In this document: positions 1 through 13,819 of the stretch, piece by piece
How the letters are laid out: every line of letters starts with the position of its first letter
How positions within the stretch are numbered: the stretch's first letter is position 1
Assembly (NCBI RefSeq): GCF_036321535.1
Contig: NC_087436.1
Coordinates: forward strand, 12,338,001-12,402,000
Length of the DNA stretch: 64,000 nucleotides
From: Camelus dromedarius
Lineage: Eukaryota
Direction of reading: 5' to 3'
The notes under the pieces: generated by a model
Seen by the model: the letters and a program-made list of their open reading frames with translations, nothing else
Databases searched by the model: none
What the model was told of the DNA's origin: nothing
Program-made: the position numbers and the translations under genes

Positions 1-1212
1 CTAGTATATTTTTCATTTCAGTTACAATCTTTTTTTTTATCTCTGTTTGGTTTTTCTTTATATTTTCTAACTCGTTTTAAAAACTTCTAATTTTTTGCTC
101 TGTGCATCCATTCTTCTCCCAAATTCTTTGATCATCTTTATGATCACTACCCTGAACCCTTTGTTGGTTGTATTGCTTATCTCCACTTCACTTAGTTCTT
201 CTTCTGGAGTTTTTATCTTGTTCCTTTGCCTGGAATATGTTCTTCTATCACCTCATTTTGCCTAAGCTGCTATTTTATTTTTTGTGTATCTGGTAGATTG
301 GTTGTATTTCCCAGTCTTGGGAAAGTGGCCTTTTGTAGGAGATGTCCTGTGCATCCCAGCAGTGCACTGCCTTCTCATCACCCAAGTCATATGCTCCAGG
401 GGGTTCTCACTATTAGGACTGCATGGGACCTTCTGCTGTGACAGGCTCCTTGGGTAGTCTGGTAGGCTCGGTTGGCCCTGATCTGGTTGGTCACCCAGCT
501 CTCCCTTGTGTGGAGGCTGTCAGTTGCTTGTTGGTGGGGTCTAGTCATGAGGTGGCTAACTACAGAACCTCAGGAGGCCTGGAGCTAATGCTGGCTCACT
601 GAGCATCCATAAGATTCCAAGGCTGTTGCCTGCCCACTGGTGGGTGAAGCCAGGTCCTGATGTTATTGCTGAACTACTGGTAGGCAGAACCAGGTCCTGG
701 AGTCTGGTTACAGGGCCCAGGAGTCCCAGAGCTGGTTTCAGATTGCTGGGCCAGGGAGGGCAGTCCCTGACACAAGTAGATACAGGGTCTAGGGTGCCCT
801 GAAGCCTGCTAGTGGGCAGAGCAGGGCCCAGCTGGTCCCAGGGCAGGATCTGGCCTGCTGTGGGCAGGTTAGGTCTGCAGGCTATAGGGTTTTGGTTTTC
901 TTGCAACTGGTGTCTGCCCTCTGGTGGGTGAGGCCAGTCCAGAGGCTAGCCCAGGCTTCCTGGAGGGCAGGGCCAGAGCCTAGGGGATTGTGAGGCTGGT
1001 TCTTCTCACTGGCGGACAGAGCTGGATCTTAGCAAGTCTGCCCCTCCTAGCTGTCTCGTTGTGGTTCCTTCTTTAAGTCTTTAGTTGTAGAAGATCTTTT
1101 CTGGTAGACACCAGTCTTTTTCAATGATGGTTGATGTGCAAACAGTTATAATTTGGTGTGCTTGTGAGAGGAAGTGAGCTTAGGGTCTTTCTACTCAACC
1201 ATTTTGGCCAAT
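1..1212 (-). mobile_element. Old L1 fragment (5' UTR and start of ORF1), antisense in a TLL1 intron
   Basis: T-rich antisense ORF1-like sequence at 1-330, then GC-richer 5'UTR-like sequence ending in 'ccattttggcc', the reverse complement of the L1 head motif GGCCAAGATGG. Subfamily not determined. Confidence 0.7.
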
Positions 1213-1252
1213 CCCTTTGAAATTGAATCCTAACAAATGTGACTAATGGTTA

Positions 1253-1468
1253 GTGATCAGAAAACTTTTTATTTAAAGGGCCAGATAGTAAATATTATGA
1301 ACTTTGTAGACTATTTGGTCTGCATTGCAACAGTCTGCCATTTTAGTGTCAAAGCAGCTATAGACAATAACAAATGAATGGACATGATTGTGTTCTGGTA
1401 AAAGTTTAATTACAAAAAACAGTCTTCAGCCCAGATGTCTCCTGTGGGACTTAGTTTGTTGACCCGAG
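1253..1468. mobile_element. MER58-like hAT DNA transposon relic
   Basis: 'aaacttttt..taaagggccagatagtaaatatt' and 'tagtttgttgaccc' resemble the MER58 consensus as I recall it. Confidence 0.65.
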
Positions 1469-1572
1469 CTAAGAAAGTCAGAAGTAAAAGAGTTTAAAAT
1501 TATGTAGTAATAAATGTTTGTCCTCATTTCCCCAGAAAATCACAGAGAATAAAGATATTTGACCTTACCTTC

Positions 1573-2022
1573 TACGGTAGGCAGAATAATGCTCCCCATC
1601 CCCCAAAGATGACCATGCCCTGATCCCCAGAACCTGTGCATATATTACTTTACATGGCAAAAGGAGCTGTGGTTAAGTTAAGGGTCTTGAAATGCAAAAA
1701 TTATCCTGTAATATCTGGGTAGGCTTGAAGTAATCATAAGAGTCCTTACAAGAGGGAGGCAGAGGCTCAGAGAGCTGTTATGGTTGGTTCAAAGCCACAG
1801 TTGAAGATGGAGGAAAGAGACCTGAGCCAGGGAATGAGGGCAGCCTTTAGATGCTGGAAAAATGCAAGGAAACAGATTCGCACCTAGGACCTCTACAAGA
1901 AACACAGTGCTACTTCACCCATTGTAGACCACTGACTTCCACAGCTCTAGGACAATAAACGTGGGCTGCATTGAGCCACTAAGTGTGTGGTAATTTGCTG
2001 GAACAGCAATAGGAAACTAGTA
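1573..2022 (+). mobile_element. MLT1-type MaLR solo LTR
   Basis: Start 'ggtaggcagaataatg..cccccaaagatg..ccccagaacctgtg' and end 'gccactaagtgtgtggtaatttg..cagcaataggaaacta' are typical of MLT1. Confidence 0.8.
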
Positions 2023-5000
2023 TATTTGCCATGTTTTGTGTGTGTATGTGTGTTTAATCATGGGATGCTGACTGCACGATAATAGCTTTAAAGTAAAAGA
2101 AACCATGGTCTAAAGATACTTGGAAAAAGTCTTCCTACTAGAAAGGAGATAAAGTTCTGAATGAATGAAGAAAAGGGTTTATCATTGCTGGCTTCATCTC
2201 ATCTTGGTTCTGAGAGACTCAGCTGATCATTAAGTTTTTGGTACTTTTTTCATATTCTGAGTTACTCTTCGTTAAAAACAAAACAAAGCAAATAAAATTC
2301 TAGGCAGGAATACACAGCAATAAGCTAATATGTTTATGTCATTTTTGATTTATCATATCCTAAAGTTCTGCTAAGTTACATAGTTGCAATTTATAGCTTC
2401 ATATATGGGATATTTAGAAACCAAAAACACCCACAAGTGTTATATAATTCTCCACCACAAATCTATTAAATGTATATTGGATTGCAGTTATAGAAGATTC
2501 ATGGAAAAGAAGAGCTCTTTTGAATCAGAGGACTGGGCTTTGTATTCTAAAAAATGTAGCCATTTTTTCCAGGGGCCTCTAATCCTTCCAATATCTTGTG
2601 GGAAACCAAATGATAGTTCTTACTGAAGGCAGGAAAAGGCAAAGGATGGCTGGAATGAGGGAGCCTCTGGATGTCCTCTCAAAATTGCTCACATTGTATC
2701 AATCTTTTTAATTCTTTTAAGTTTACATGGTCAGCCTGGCTATATTTTATTTTTTGCATTAAGTGTTACGGTTTTATTATCTTGTCCTTTGTGAATGTGT
2801 GTGGTGACTGTGCAGGTAAAGACCTTGGTGTCTAGCCAGTGCCTTTAGAACCCCTACCATTGTTCATCGGAGGGGGCCTCATAGGGAAGCCTGGCTGGTG
2901 GCCAGGTAGGTAGGTGAGCTTGCTTGGGTGTTGGAGAAACATAGTTACTCTCCCTAGAGCTTAAAAGTACAATTATTCACTCTTTATGGTTTCTCTAAAA
3001 CCTAGATTATTAACCTTAAGATCATAGAAATATAATCATGGAGTGAATAAGGTTTAAATATTTGAATATCAGAATGTCTGTAAAGTCTTAGTGTAAAGGC
3101 ATGGGAAAAATATTTAAAAGTCTCCCCCAAAGAGGGCCGAAATCAGGTTCCTTACAGCTCCACACATCAGCTTTTCTGTTCTGTCTCCACTGTAACGTTG
3201 AAGGACTTTTGAGGAATCTTTTTTAGGAATGTAAGTGTCTTCTGGAGGAACATTTCTGTGGCATTGGTTCTTGGTGGCTGGGAATTTAGACATAGGCATG
3301 GCTCAGAATGTGTGATAGAATAAAGTAATAAACTGTGTATCTTACTTATCTTTGGGAACTCCGAAAACTGTCCTTAAAAATTGTCTGTTTTCCCTTGGAC
3401 TCCTATCATACCTTTCTGTGGCCTAGAAGTATTTTTTGTTAAGGCCAAGTCACTATGTATGGAGGTGTCTCTATGTGATATTACAGGGCAGATTTATGAG
3501 ATCTCAGCATGTGAATTAGTCACATTTTGCTTGGATATGGTGGAGCATTTGGGTTAAACTGACTTCAAAAGGACCACCCAATTGTCGCAGCTGATCTAAC
3601 AAAATTCTGCTAATTCCAAGAGGAAAATTCATAAAACTTTAACGAATGAGAGTTATTTGCGTTGCTTGAGAATGTGTCAGCTACAAAACCTTTGCCTAAT
3701 CTGACTCTTAGAGAATCAGTCTGATTCCATTAGTAATTTGATAAAATGTTGGAGCCAGCTGGTTCCAGACCAGGTGTCAGCATGCCCTCAACCCACCAGT
3801 TCAATGCCACTTTGTGCGGTGTCGCTCTGTTCTGTAAAACAGAAGTTAAGATGTACTCCAGACACCCTGCACTTCATTAGAGAATGAAGTAGCCGCTTAG
3901 TTAGCTCATTCACTTAGTTTTCAGCGGACTGAACATGTGTGGTCTGAAATTCTGATCCCAGTTTCAGCTTTTACTTAAAGGATACGGTTTAGAATTCCAT
4001 CACCCTCATCATTCTTAAAAATTTCTCTTCTACACAATAGATTTCTCTGCTCTTTATATTTATAGATGAATGACTCTAAGGCACATTCGAAAGAGACAAT
4101 TATTCGACTTGCAGTGGTTTTCAGATATTATTATTTTTCTCTTTAAACAATAATTACCTTATTATTCAGAAGTTTGGTTTCATGTTTAATTTTAAAAACT
4201 CTGGGTGCAGTTAAGCCAATTTTCTCTTCTTAGTTTCTTAATAGTTATAAATGAATATTAAGACTGTTTTTGTGTACACAAAGATAATAAAAGCTGACTG
4301 AGTTAGCATCTCCTGAAAGGCAGAAAACCAGAAGTTTCGGTTTGCCGTATCCACAGTGTTCCCATCCATGGGATTGGCCATAAACAGGGCTTAGGTAGGT
4401 AGGTAGATGGATGGACAGACTTATTCAGATATCCAGCCAGCCATCCATTCAGGGTCTTCTATATTCCAGGCCCTGCATGTCTACTTTGCTTCACTTTCTG
4501 CTACTAGATTACAGAGATTAATCTAGTGACAAACCTTAAGTGATGATGTACTTTGAATGCCGTGCTTCAGATTAAATAAACTCTGCTGAAGTTTCCCTGC
4601 TCACTGTATTTTTCTGCTCTAGTTTGTTTCCAGTGAGATTCTTTTGTGCTGTGTTTAATCTTTTTTGCACTATCCAGTGTCTTTGGTTGAATGAAGTGAA
4701 TATTCCTTTTCACTCATAATAATTATAATAAATGATGATTCTCTAATGCTTATTGGTTATAGCATTTTAATTTATACTTTTAAGTAGGGCCCAGTGGAAT
4801 GAGACATGAGAGATCAGCTTTCTTCCTTTTCTTTTGTCTTTTCACTCCTTTTTCCAGTTCCCTAATTAATATAAATCGCTTTCTTCATTTTGTCCCTTAC
4901 TCCTCCAAAGTCAAAAGTGAGAGCCAGTGGTGGTGTGGTACGGAATCGATAAATGTGGCCAGCACTGAGGGAGAACCATTCTTAGTCACTTTTTTTCTTA

Positions 5001-6085
5001 CAAAAATACAAAATGTATGTCTTAAATTGAGAATTAAGATCACTTCACAAAACTGTGTTAAAGAAAACTTGTATGTAAAAAGTGTATCTGCAAATATTTT
5101 ATGCTGCAGTGATTGTAGCAAAATTAATACATTTTCAAGCATATTTTATATTTCCACAAATTTAGTTCCTTTATTTTTTTTAGCTTTGCTCTGTAGACTC
5201 AGTAAGACTCAGTGGTCTATTTCTTGAATGTATGATGGTTTTTCTGAGGAAAGGAAAAAGCCTTAATTAGCAATTGGCAAATTATCTGGAATCTCTGGAA
5301 TTATTAATAGTTTGGGTAATAGTTATTTTCAGTCCATCACAATTAAACTTTCTGTTGTTGTATTTAATGTTTTACATTTAATAAATTTTTATTTTAAGAA
5401 TTTGCTAAAACACCTACACAGAAAAAACATATTAAATTTTGCAAGACTCCAAATATTAACATAAGTGTACTATCTCTCTGAAAAGTTAATTAAAAATAAT
5501 CTAACCTAAAGTCATATTAGTGTTTTCTAATAATATGAGCTTTAAGATCTAAATAAATAAATACATAATGAGAAATCCCTTTGTTTTAGGCATTCTATTA
5601 AGATTTACTACATTTATTTTTTTGTGAAAATAATTACTTTTTAAATTACTTTATGGGATTTTCTTCTTAGTTTAAATGCTCAAAAGTAGGATGATGTTCA
5701 ATAGTTTATGATCATCAAAACCAGAAGGAATCATCTTTTAATATAATTGTTTAAATTTTCCTGATGCATGAAGACTACATTCTGAATAAAATATCAGTTT
5801 CTTATTATAATTGGTCTAAATTCTGGAGTAGATTCAATGGCAATAGTAGAATTAGTTGCAATAGTCAAATAGTAGAATTTCACGGTTTTACATTGTTAGT
5901 ACATTGTTTTCCTCATTGTATTTATAGTCTATTGATTTCACACCGCTTTCAGTAATGTACTACAGGATTAAATCATTTGCATGGCCTGAACATGTTTTTT
6001 GCTCCGTGTTTCTGCTCCAAAGAAGAGAACCTATTTTCAGTGGTATGTGGTTTTTTGAGTTTTTTTTTCCTTTCTTTTAAAATAG

Positions 6086-6304
<219 letters not shown>

Positions 6305-7012
6305 TAAATCAGGGGTGCTGCTCTTTTCTAAGAAGATCCAGCCTTCTCTTCTGGTGCGTGCAGGGGATCCTATAACAGGATTATAAATGAATCAGAAGAA
6401 ATCTCACTGAAGCACGGTGTGAAATATTTGAGAATCACATAGCATCCTACCTAAATATCTTTGTAGTTGCTGAACATTTAGAAAAAAATGCAAGTTTGAT
6501 CTGGTTCACGTTCAATGTGCTATTATGATCAAGCAGAACTACCTCTAAATATTTGTATAATGTATTCCATGTTAACTTTAGTGGTTTGATTTATAGGTTA
6601 TTTTTAGCAGATAGAAATCTGTAGTTTAGTCTTCAAAATTTTGTTTGTAATCTGACCTGGTTAGCTAAATTTTGCATTAATATATTTTTGTAAATCAAAT
6701 TTGGGATTTATCTCTCTGTTTTACAGAGCCTCATTGTTTTTCCTTTTATTTAATATGCAACACAATATTTTCCCTAATCCTAATCCCTAATTTGATGCTT
6801 ATAGATTCCAGCTGTAATGGAAGTCTTTAAGAAATAAAATATAATTTAGAAAAATATGGAAAATTTTAGACAAACGTGTATACTAATATTTTAATAATTT
6901 GAAGCCAATCTAATAATATATTCCATAAATGTTTAGTAAATGTCCTTTTTTTTCTTTTAGTTAAAAAAGAAATCAGTTAATTGTAGGTATTCACTGAAAT
7001 CATTTATCTTAT

Positions 7013-7028
7013 AGTGACACCTAGTGGC
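7013..7028 (-). promoter_or_regulatory. CTCF-like motif
   Basis: Reverse complement GCCACTAGGTGTCACT resembles the CTCF core CCACYAGRKGGCAS. Motif match only. Confidence 0.4.
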
Positions 7029-10000
7029 ATTTCCAGTGCATAAACTACTGAGACACCAGGAGAACTCTATCTTGTTGTAAAACAAAGCATGGTAGTCTAC
7101 AAATTCATCCACAGAGAAATTTTAGTGTAGTCATTTTTGTCATGGTTTTCTAATTATTGTTTTTTCTTTGACTTTCATTTTGTTTTAGAATCAGAACTTT
7201 AATTTATTCCATAGTCCAGTATCATTTGCCACTCTAGTATATTTTATTATGAGCATTAGATTTATATTGAAGTCTATTTGTAAGAAAGTGGATATTGTCC
7301 GGATATTGGTCTGATCCATGCTAGTATTAATTGGACTCCTCAGTAATACAAAAATAATTACTTCTCATGATTAATATAATTATTTTGATTTGAGAAAAAT
7401 CTTTCTTGGATTAAAAAAATTTTATACTGTTGAAAGATTTTTTCATACGTTTGATATTTACTCTTGAAATTTTTTTTTTTGATAATGTGTCATGTGTTGA
7501 AGGAATGGAAAAATTGGAATCCCATTATTTCATCAATATTTTTCTGACAGCACAGAGTTAATGGCATAATTTTTAAAATAATCCTGGCTGTCACAGATTC
7601 CAAGAACGGAGTGTGAAAATAGGCTATCAGAACTCTAGAAAGCTGATAGTGAAAGCTGATAGAGTATTTTTAAATTACTTACCTATAAATTTTTCTTAGT
7701 TTAATAAAAACTTAGTTTTACAGTTTCTCTTTTTATCTTTACCTTTACCTTAAATCTCAAGCTATATATTTCCTTACAGTTATAAAACTGTTATCTTATC
7801 TTACAACTATAAAACTCCATGACTTTAATTTGCACAGCCTCTGCTCTGGACCCTATTTACAGTGTTTGTATTACCATTAAGAATCCATTGGTAGGCTCTA
7901 ATTATATTATCCTAGAGACCATGTCCAATCCAATCCAATGGTATATATTCACATTTCAGGCACATACATTTACTTAACATAAACTACACATACTGAGTCC
8001 TCGAAAGAGCCATATGATGTAGGAACTATCTTCATCTTCAGAATAAAGAAATTAAAAATCTGAAGGCTTAATTAATTGGCAAAGATTTCTAAAATTATAT
8101 CAAAGCTTGAATTTTACCCTAATTCTGACTGTCTCCGGAGTTCGTATACTTTCCACTATGGTATATTTTCTCTTAACATAAACTTTAGATTAGGAAGAAA
8201 ACCAATACAAAACCGGATCTCTGTTATTTGAGCAACATGTAGAGACTGAATGCCTCCTTATGTAAGTTTTAAACAAATCCTTTGTCCAAAGTACCCAACC
8301 GACTAGGCTCATTTTATTTATTTGTTCAGTTTACATTCATTCAAATCCCCATGTGAGCAGCCTCAGTCACATTTTGTAGGCAGAATATGCCTTGGATGTT
8401 GTTTGATCCCATTCTGTCATCTCAGAAATGAAGATTTTGAGACTAAAACTTAAATAACAACCAAAGTAGTGCAAAAAAAATAACAGTTGGAGTTAGAGTG
8501 CTGACCTCCCAACTCCTGTCCACCTGCTCTTGTCAAAATTTTTGGCATTATCTGTTTGCTTGTTTGTTTTCTTCATGTGTAAATTTTTGCCGTCACTTAA
8601 CCAGCTGTCTTTGAATTTTCTGGGCAGATTCATTTTATACTGTTACTTTTGAGGAGACATACATGCTGAAATATTCTTTTGTACTGCCTACTGTTTATTT
8701 CTTTTGAAAGCTTTCTCTTTAGCAGTTTATTTATTCCACAGTTTTTCATCAAATATTTACTTGGTACCTGTTTTGAATAGGCGCTATGAAGTATTTGTAA
8801 TTCATAGGAAAAAAGTAGATATTTTGTGGGAATTTATTTAAAAAATGGAAGGAATCCTTCCTGTTGGCATCTTATAGTATGGTAAGTTAAACTTCTGATT
8901 CTCAGAAGTTTCTGAACTTCTGATTTTTTAGTTAGTTTCTACCAACAAGACAGCCAAGCCAGTACCACGTATGTCAATTTCCACTACACGTATAAAGCAT
9001 TTATTCAATGTTTACTGCCTTCTAGAATACATGTAACTGTTATTGATGGGCCCTGCAATATACATTGAGTAAATTTATATTTCTGCATATAATTTAAATT
9101 TTATCCACCAGAAAATCTTCTAATACTATGAATTTTGAAATTAGATGAATAGAAATATTAACAGTGCTTTATGACTATTTTTTCACAAGTAATACTATCC
9201 AAATCCATGGAAAATAGACTATTGGAAAGAGTCCTTTTTTCCTCTAAAAGTAGGTCCAAATTCTAAGCCAAATTTATTTTAATCAAGTAACAACCAAAAA
9301 GAAAAACCCAGCTCTTTCAATAAAAACATAGCATATTCTTTCAGAGGATATGGTGCTAAAACAGAAAAAGAAAGGAAATGTGGAGAGAAAATAATTTAAA
9401 ATATGCCATGTATGGTGGGATTTTTTTCTGTAGCATAAAGTATCATCCTATTTGTCAATGATATTTAAAAATCAAATATTACATTAATAAGTTCCAAAAA
9501 AAGAAACTATTTTGATGTAACTTAAATTATAATGCCTAAACTTATTTGGCACTCTCAGAGATTTAACATTTTACCAGGAAATTTAATTTCCAAATTAAAA
9601 TGAAGGCTGCCCTTTCTGAAACATTTTTAGTCATTTTTAACATCATTTATTTTGAGTATTGTCATTTTCTAGAAGTTTTCAGTAAAATCAAATAATGATG
9701 CCTCACTGTCATTTTCAGATTCACACAGGCTTTGTGAAATCTCCTTCCCCATTTTGTTCAAATACTTCATTTCCTTCCTGATTTCTGCTCTGAGCGGAGG
9801 CTAACAGAATCGTTTCTTCTGGATCTTGGTCTTTGCTTTGCTGCTTTGTTTGAAACAGGCACACGGAAACCAGCGCCTGTCCTATCTCACAGTCCACCCC
9901 TTCCTGGGTTGTGAAATAAAAGTAACTAGAGTGCTGACATTTTTTTTTTAACTTGAAAATAAAAAAAATCACTCAATTATATCAAACTTTGAGAATAAAT

Positions 10001-10249
10001 AGATTTTTTTTTTAGTATCTGTAAATGAGATTACACTGGTTTATACATTCACCTATTGACTTCAGAAATATTTTCCCAAAATATTTTACTAGCCTTCCAA
10101 AATATAATCCCTCCTTTCTGAAAAACAGATTAATAGTGCTTGAAATTATTTTTCAATTTTTCTGGCTTTTCTTTTCATACCTGAGTGGATGCCTAAAAGT
10201 GTAGATGATGGCATTTAAATGTCCTCACTAGAAAAAAATATCAATGATG

Positions 10250-10450
10250 ATGGCAGTGTACACTTGGATGGCTTTTCCTGTGGGCCAGGTGTCCTTCAAG
10301 AACTGTACATATTTTAGCCCATCACTCTTCACCTAGACCCTATGATGTAGGTACTATGTATGATCTCCACTTTAGGAATGAAGCCGGGGACAAAGTCCCA
10401 CAGCTAATGAAGAGCAGAGCTCAGATTTGTGTATCCAAGCCATTTGGCTG
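10250..10450. mobile_element. MIR SINE relic
   Basis: Degenerate MIR core 'accctatgatgtaggtactatg..ctccactttaggaatgaag..ccacagctaatgaagagcagagctcagatttg'. Confidence 0.6.
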
Positions 10451-11859
10451 TGGAGTTGCATCACAGGGAAAGGGCAGAGAGGTACCATGGTGGGAAAGGA
10501 AGGATGCTTGGCTTCCAGTCTGTGGGACTCATGAGATGATTCCCAAGACTGATCAGATTTCCAGCTTCCCATAGTGGTTCTAAGCACGTGTGTTTTGTCA
10601 CATGTTTACATCTGAAATAGTAGTAGCTATATCAATAGATTGTGCAAGACACCCCACCTAACCATCTGGAAGACAAAGGGACATTTAGATTCATCATGTC
10701 ACATGGTGAGGAAAGCCATTCTCATGACTGAAACCCTAGTTGGAAGCCCTTTCATATGTTAGCCACACAAAGGTCTCTGAATGTGCAGTTGTCTGTGACA
10801 ATGACCATAGTTTTGGTTGGGCTGACGTGTATTCAGACACAGCTGGACTGGATTCCATCCTTGGGATTCAGAAATATTTTGTTATTTAAAATCACCAAAC
10901 CACAATGTGGGTATACCATATACAAATCAAAAAACTCAACTAAGAATTTTAGCTGTCCTGACGCATCCTCACGGGGGGCTGCCAAGGGCTATCTGGCCAC
11001 AGATGACCATGCCACAGATACAGTTGTGTGTTGATAACCAGTGGCTTAGCCATCCAAATCTTTCCACACTGGAGTTTTGTTTTTGTTTCCTCTCAACTCA
11101 TCCCAGTTTTCTGGGGACTTTCCTGGTTTTAGTACTGCAACTCCTGCTTCCCAGAAACCTCAGTCTTTGGCAAATAAGGGTAGAAGGAAACTCTTACCTT
11201 CTCCTGACACCCTTCACAGCCCTCTTTTCCTCCCTCGCCCCAGCCATGTATGTTTGCACGTGTACTTACTGGAGGGAGCATTGCAAATTCCCTTTACTTT
11301 GATTTAATCTCTAGTCGTTGTAAAATTTGGGGTCTCAGACCACACACAGTTCCTGAGAAAATTTTGAAAATTTTATTCTCTAAATTACACTAAATGTAAA
11401 TTTTCATGCAAGTGTATTTATTTCTTTGGTATAATTTACCTCTACTGACAAAAGTAGTAACTGGTAAAGTGCATGTTTATTATTAGCTCTCTGAGAAACA
11501 AGCTGTAAAAAGAGCACTTAAATTTTTTGTTTGTTAAAAACACAACATATAACTGACTAGGTTCTGGAACTACAATGGTAACTACAATTAATGATGTGTG
11601 TATGTTTTCCCAACCAAGTTAGATAAATATTTCTAAATAAAGTAAAACTGTTCTGTATATTCTTTGTAGAGAGTTCTCTATGACATGTATACACATATAG
11701 CAGTTTTATATATTTTGTTGCTTTTAAGTTATCTCTTATTCCTCTGGATGCTTCAATTAAATTATTAAGATTAAACTCAAATTAAGGCATTGACCTTTTC
11801 CCCATGAAAACAGTTATTTAATACTGAAAACAATGTGAGATCTAACAATAAAAAAAAAA

Positions 11860-12100
11860 AATTCATTGAGCGTTACATATGGCAGAAACTGTTTTAAGTG
11901 ATTGTCACGTTTTACTTAAATTCTCAAAAGCCATTAAGATTGGTACTGTTATTATCATCTGCATTTTACTCTTGACCACTTTACCCTACAGATCAGAGAA
12001 GTGATGTCACTTATCGAAAGTCACCGAGCCGGTAGGTGTGGGAGGTGAGATCCCGACTCCGCAGTTTCTGTAGGGCCTGTGATGTATTCATTCTGCCATC
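11860..12100. mobile_element. MIR SINE relic
   Basis: 'attcattgagcgttac..ggtactgttattatc..cattttac..agagaagtgatgtcacttatcgaaagtcac' is MIR-like. Confidence 0.6.
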
Positions 12101-12205
12101 TCAATCTTACAATATGGGGAAAATGACTAATGGTGGAAATAAACACCAAACTTAGAGAGTGGTTAGACTACATTGAAAGCGAAATTGGAATAAACTGTTA
12201 AATAA

Positions 12206-12544
<339 letters not shown>

Positions 12545-13552
12545 TGATGATTGATATGATAACATATACAAATCAGCAGTACTTTTACCAAAAAAAAAGT
12601 TACATCATATTATTAATGGCTTGACAAATTATAACATGCCTCTTCTTCCCTTATTTTTCCATCTCTAGTGAATTTGTTCGATAATATCAAACAAGGCAGA
12701 TGAATTTGGTAGCTATACTTTCTAATTACTGTCCACATCTTTTTAAATTCATGTTTTCATTGTGCAAAAAAGTTAAATATTTAATAATCTAAAAGCAATG
12801 TACCTAAACATACATCTTTGACAATTTTGTAAACTTCCTAAATTAAAGCTTAAAGGAGAAAAAGCATATGCACACCATTCAAATTGGCCTTCCCCTCTCA
12901 ACAATCTGTTTGATAAGTGGCAGGGTCCACCACTTAGCCAGTACTGTTGAATGTTGTTGCATTGCAGTGTGTCGCTTGTGCACAGGACAGAGTGCCAGAA
13001 ACATGTCAGAGGGTGTCACCATGAGAAATAAGAAAAAGAAAAGCTTAGGATTTTCTCAGTGCTTTTTATCCCCAAGATTCACTGGATTATGGTCAGATGT
13101 TCTTCTGAATACGTTTTTTCCTGAAGATATTAATCTTATTTTTGAAATGTCTACCAGTATATATTGCTTAAATAATACTGAACTTGAATAATATTCAAGT
13201 TGGGATTCCTGTCCAAGTAGCAACTGAAATGGAATATAAATGCTTCTCGGTACATAGATTATTAAAACAAGAAGGAATAGATGATTTGTATTCTGAAAGT
13301 GGCTCTTCCTTGGAGCAGCTTCTGAAACAGATTTAATGTCCCTTGATCCCCTCTGAATTTCACACTATGTACTTGTAAATCAAAGGAACTTGGCTTAACA
13401 TTTTGGAAAAAACATCAAGTTCCAGAACTTGGAAACTGACTTAAGTATGTTGGAAGCCCAGCTATATCACTGATCAGCCTTATGACATTGAGTATATCAT
13501 CTGTTCTCTGAAACTCAGGTTTTTCTCATCTGTAAAATAAAGTCACTCTTAA

Positions 13553-13819
<267 letters not shown>

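Noticed and set aside
1..6085. Further upstream TLL1 exons
   Set aside because: No EGF- or CUB-coding exon recognised. The preceding exon presumably lies left of the window.
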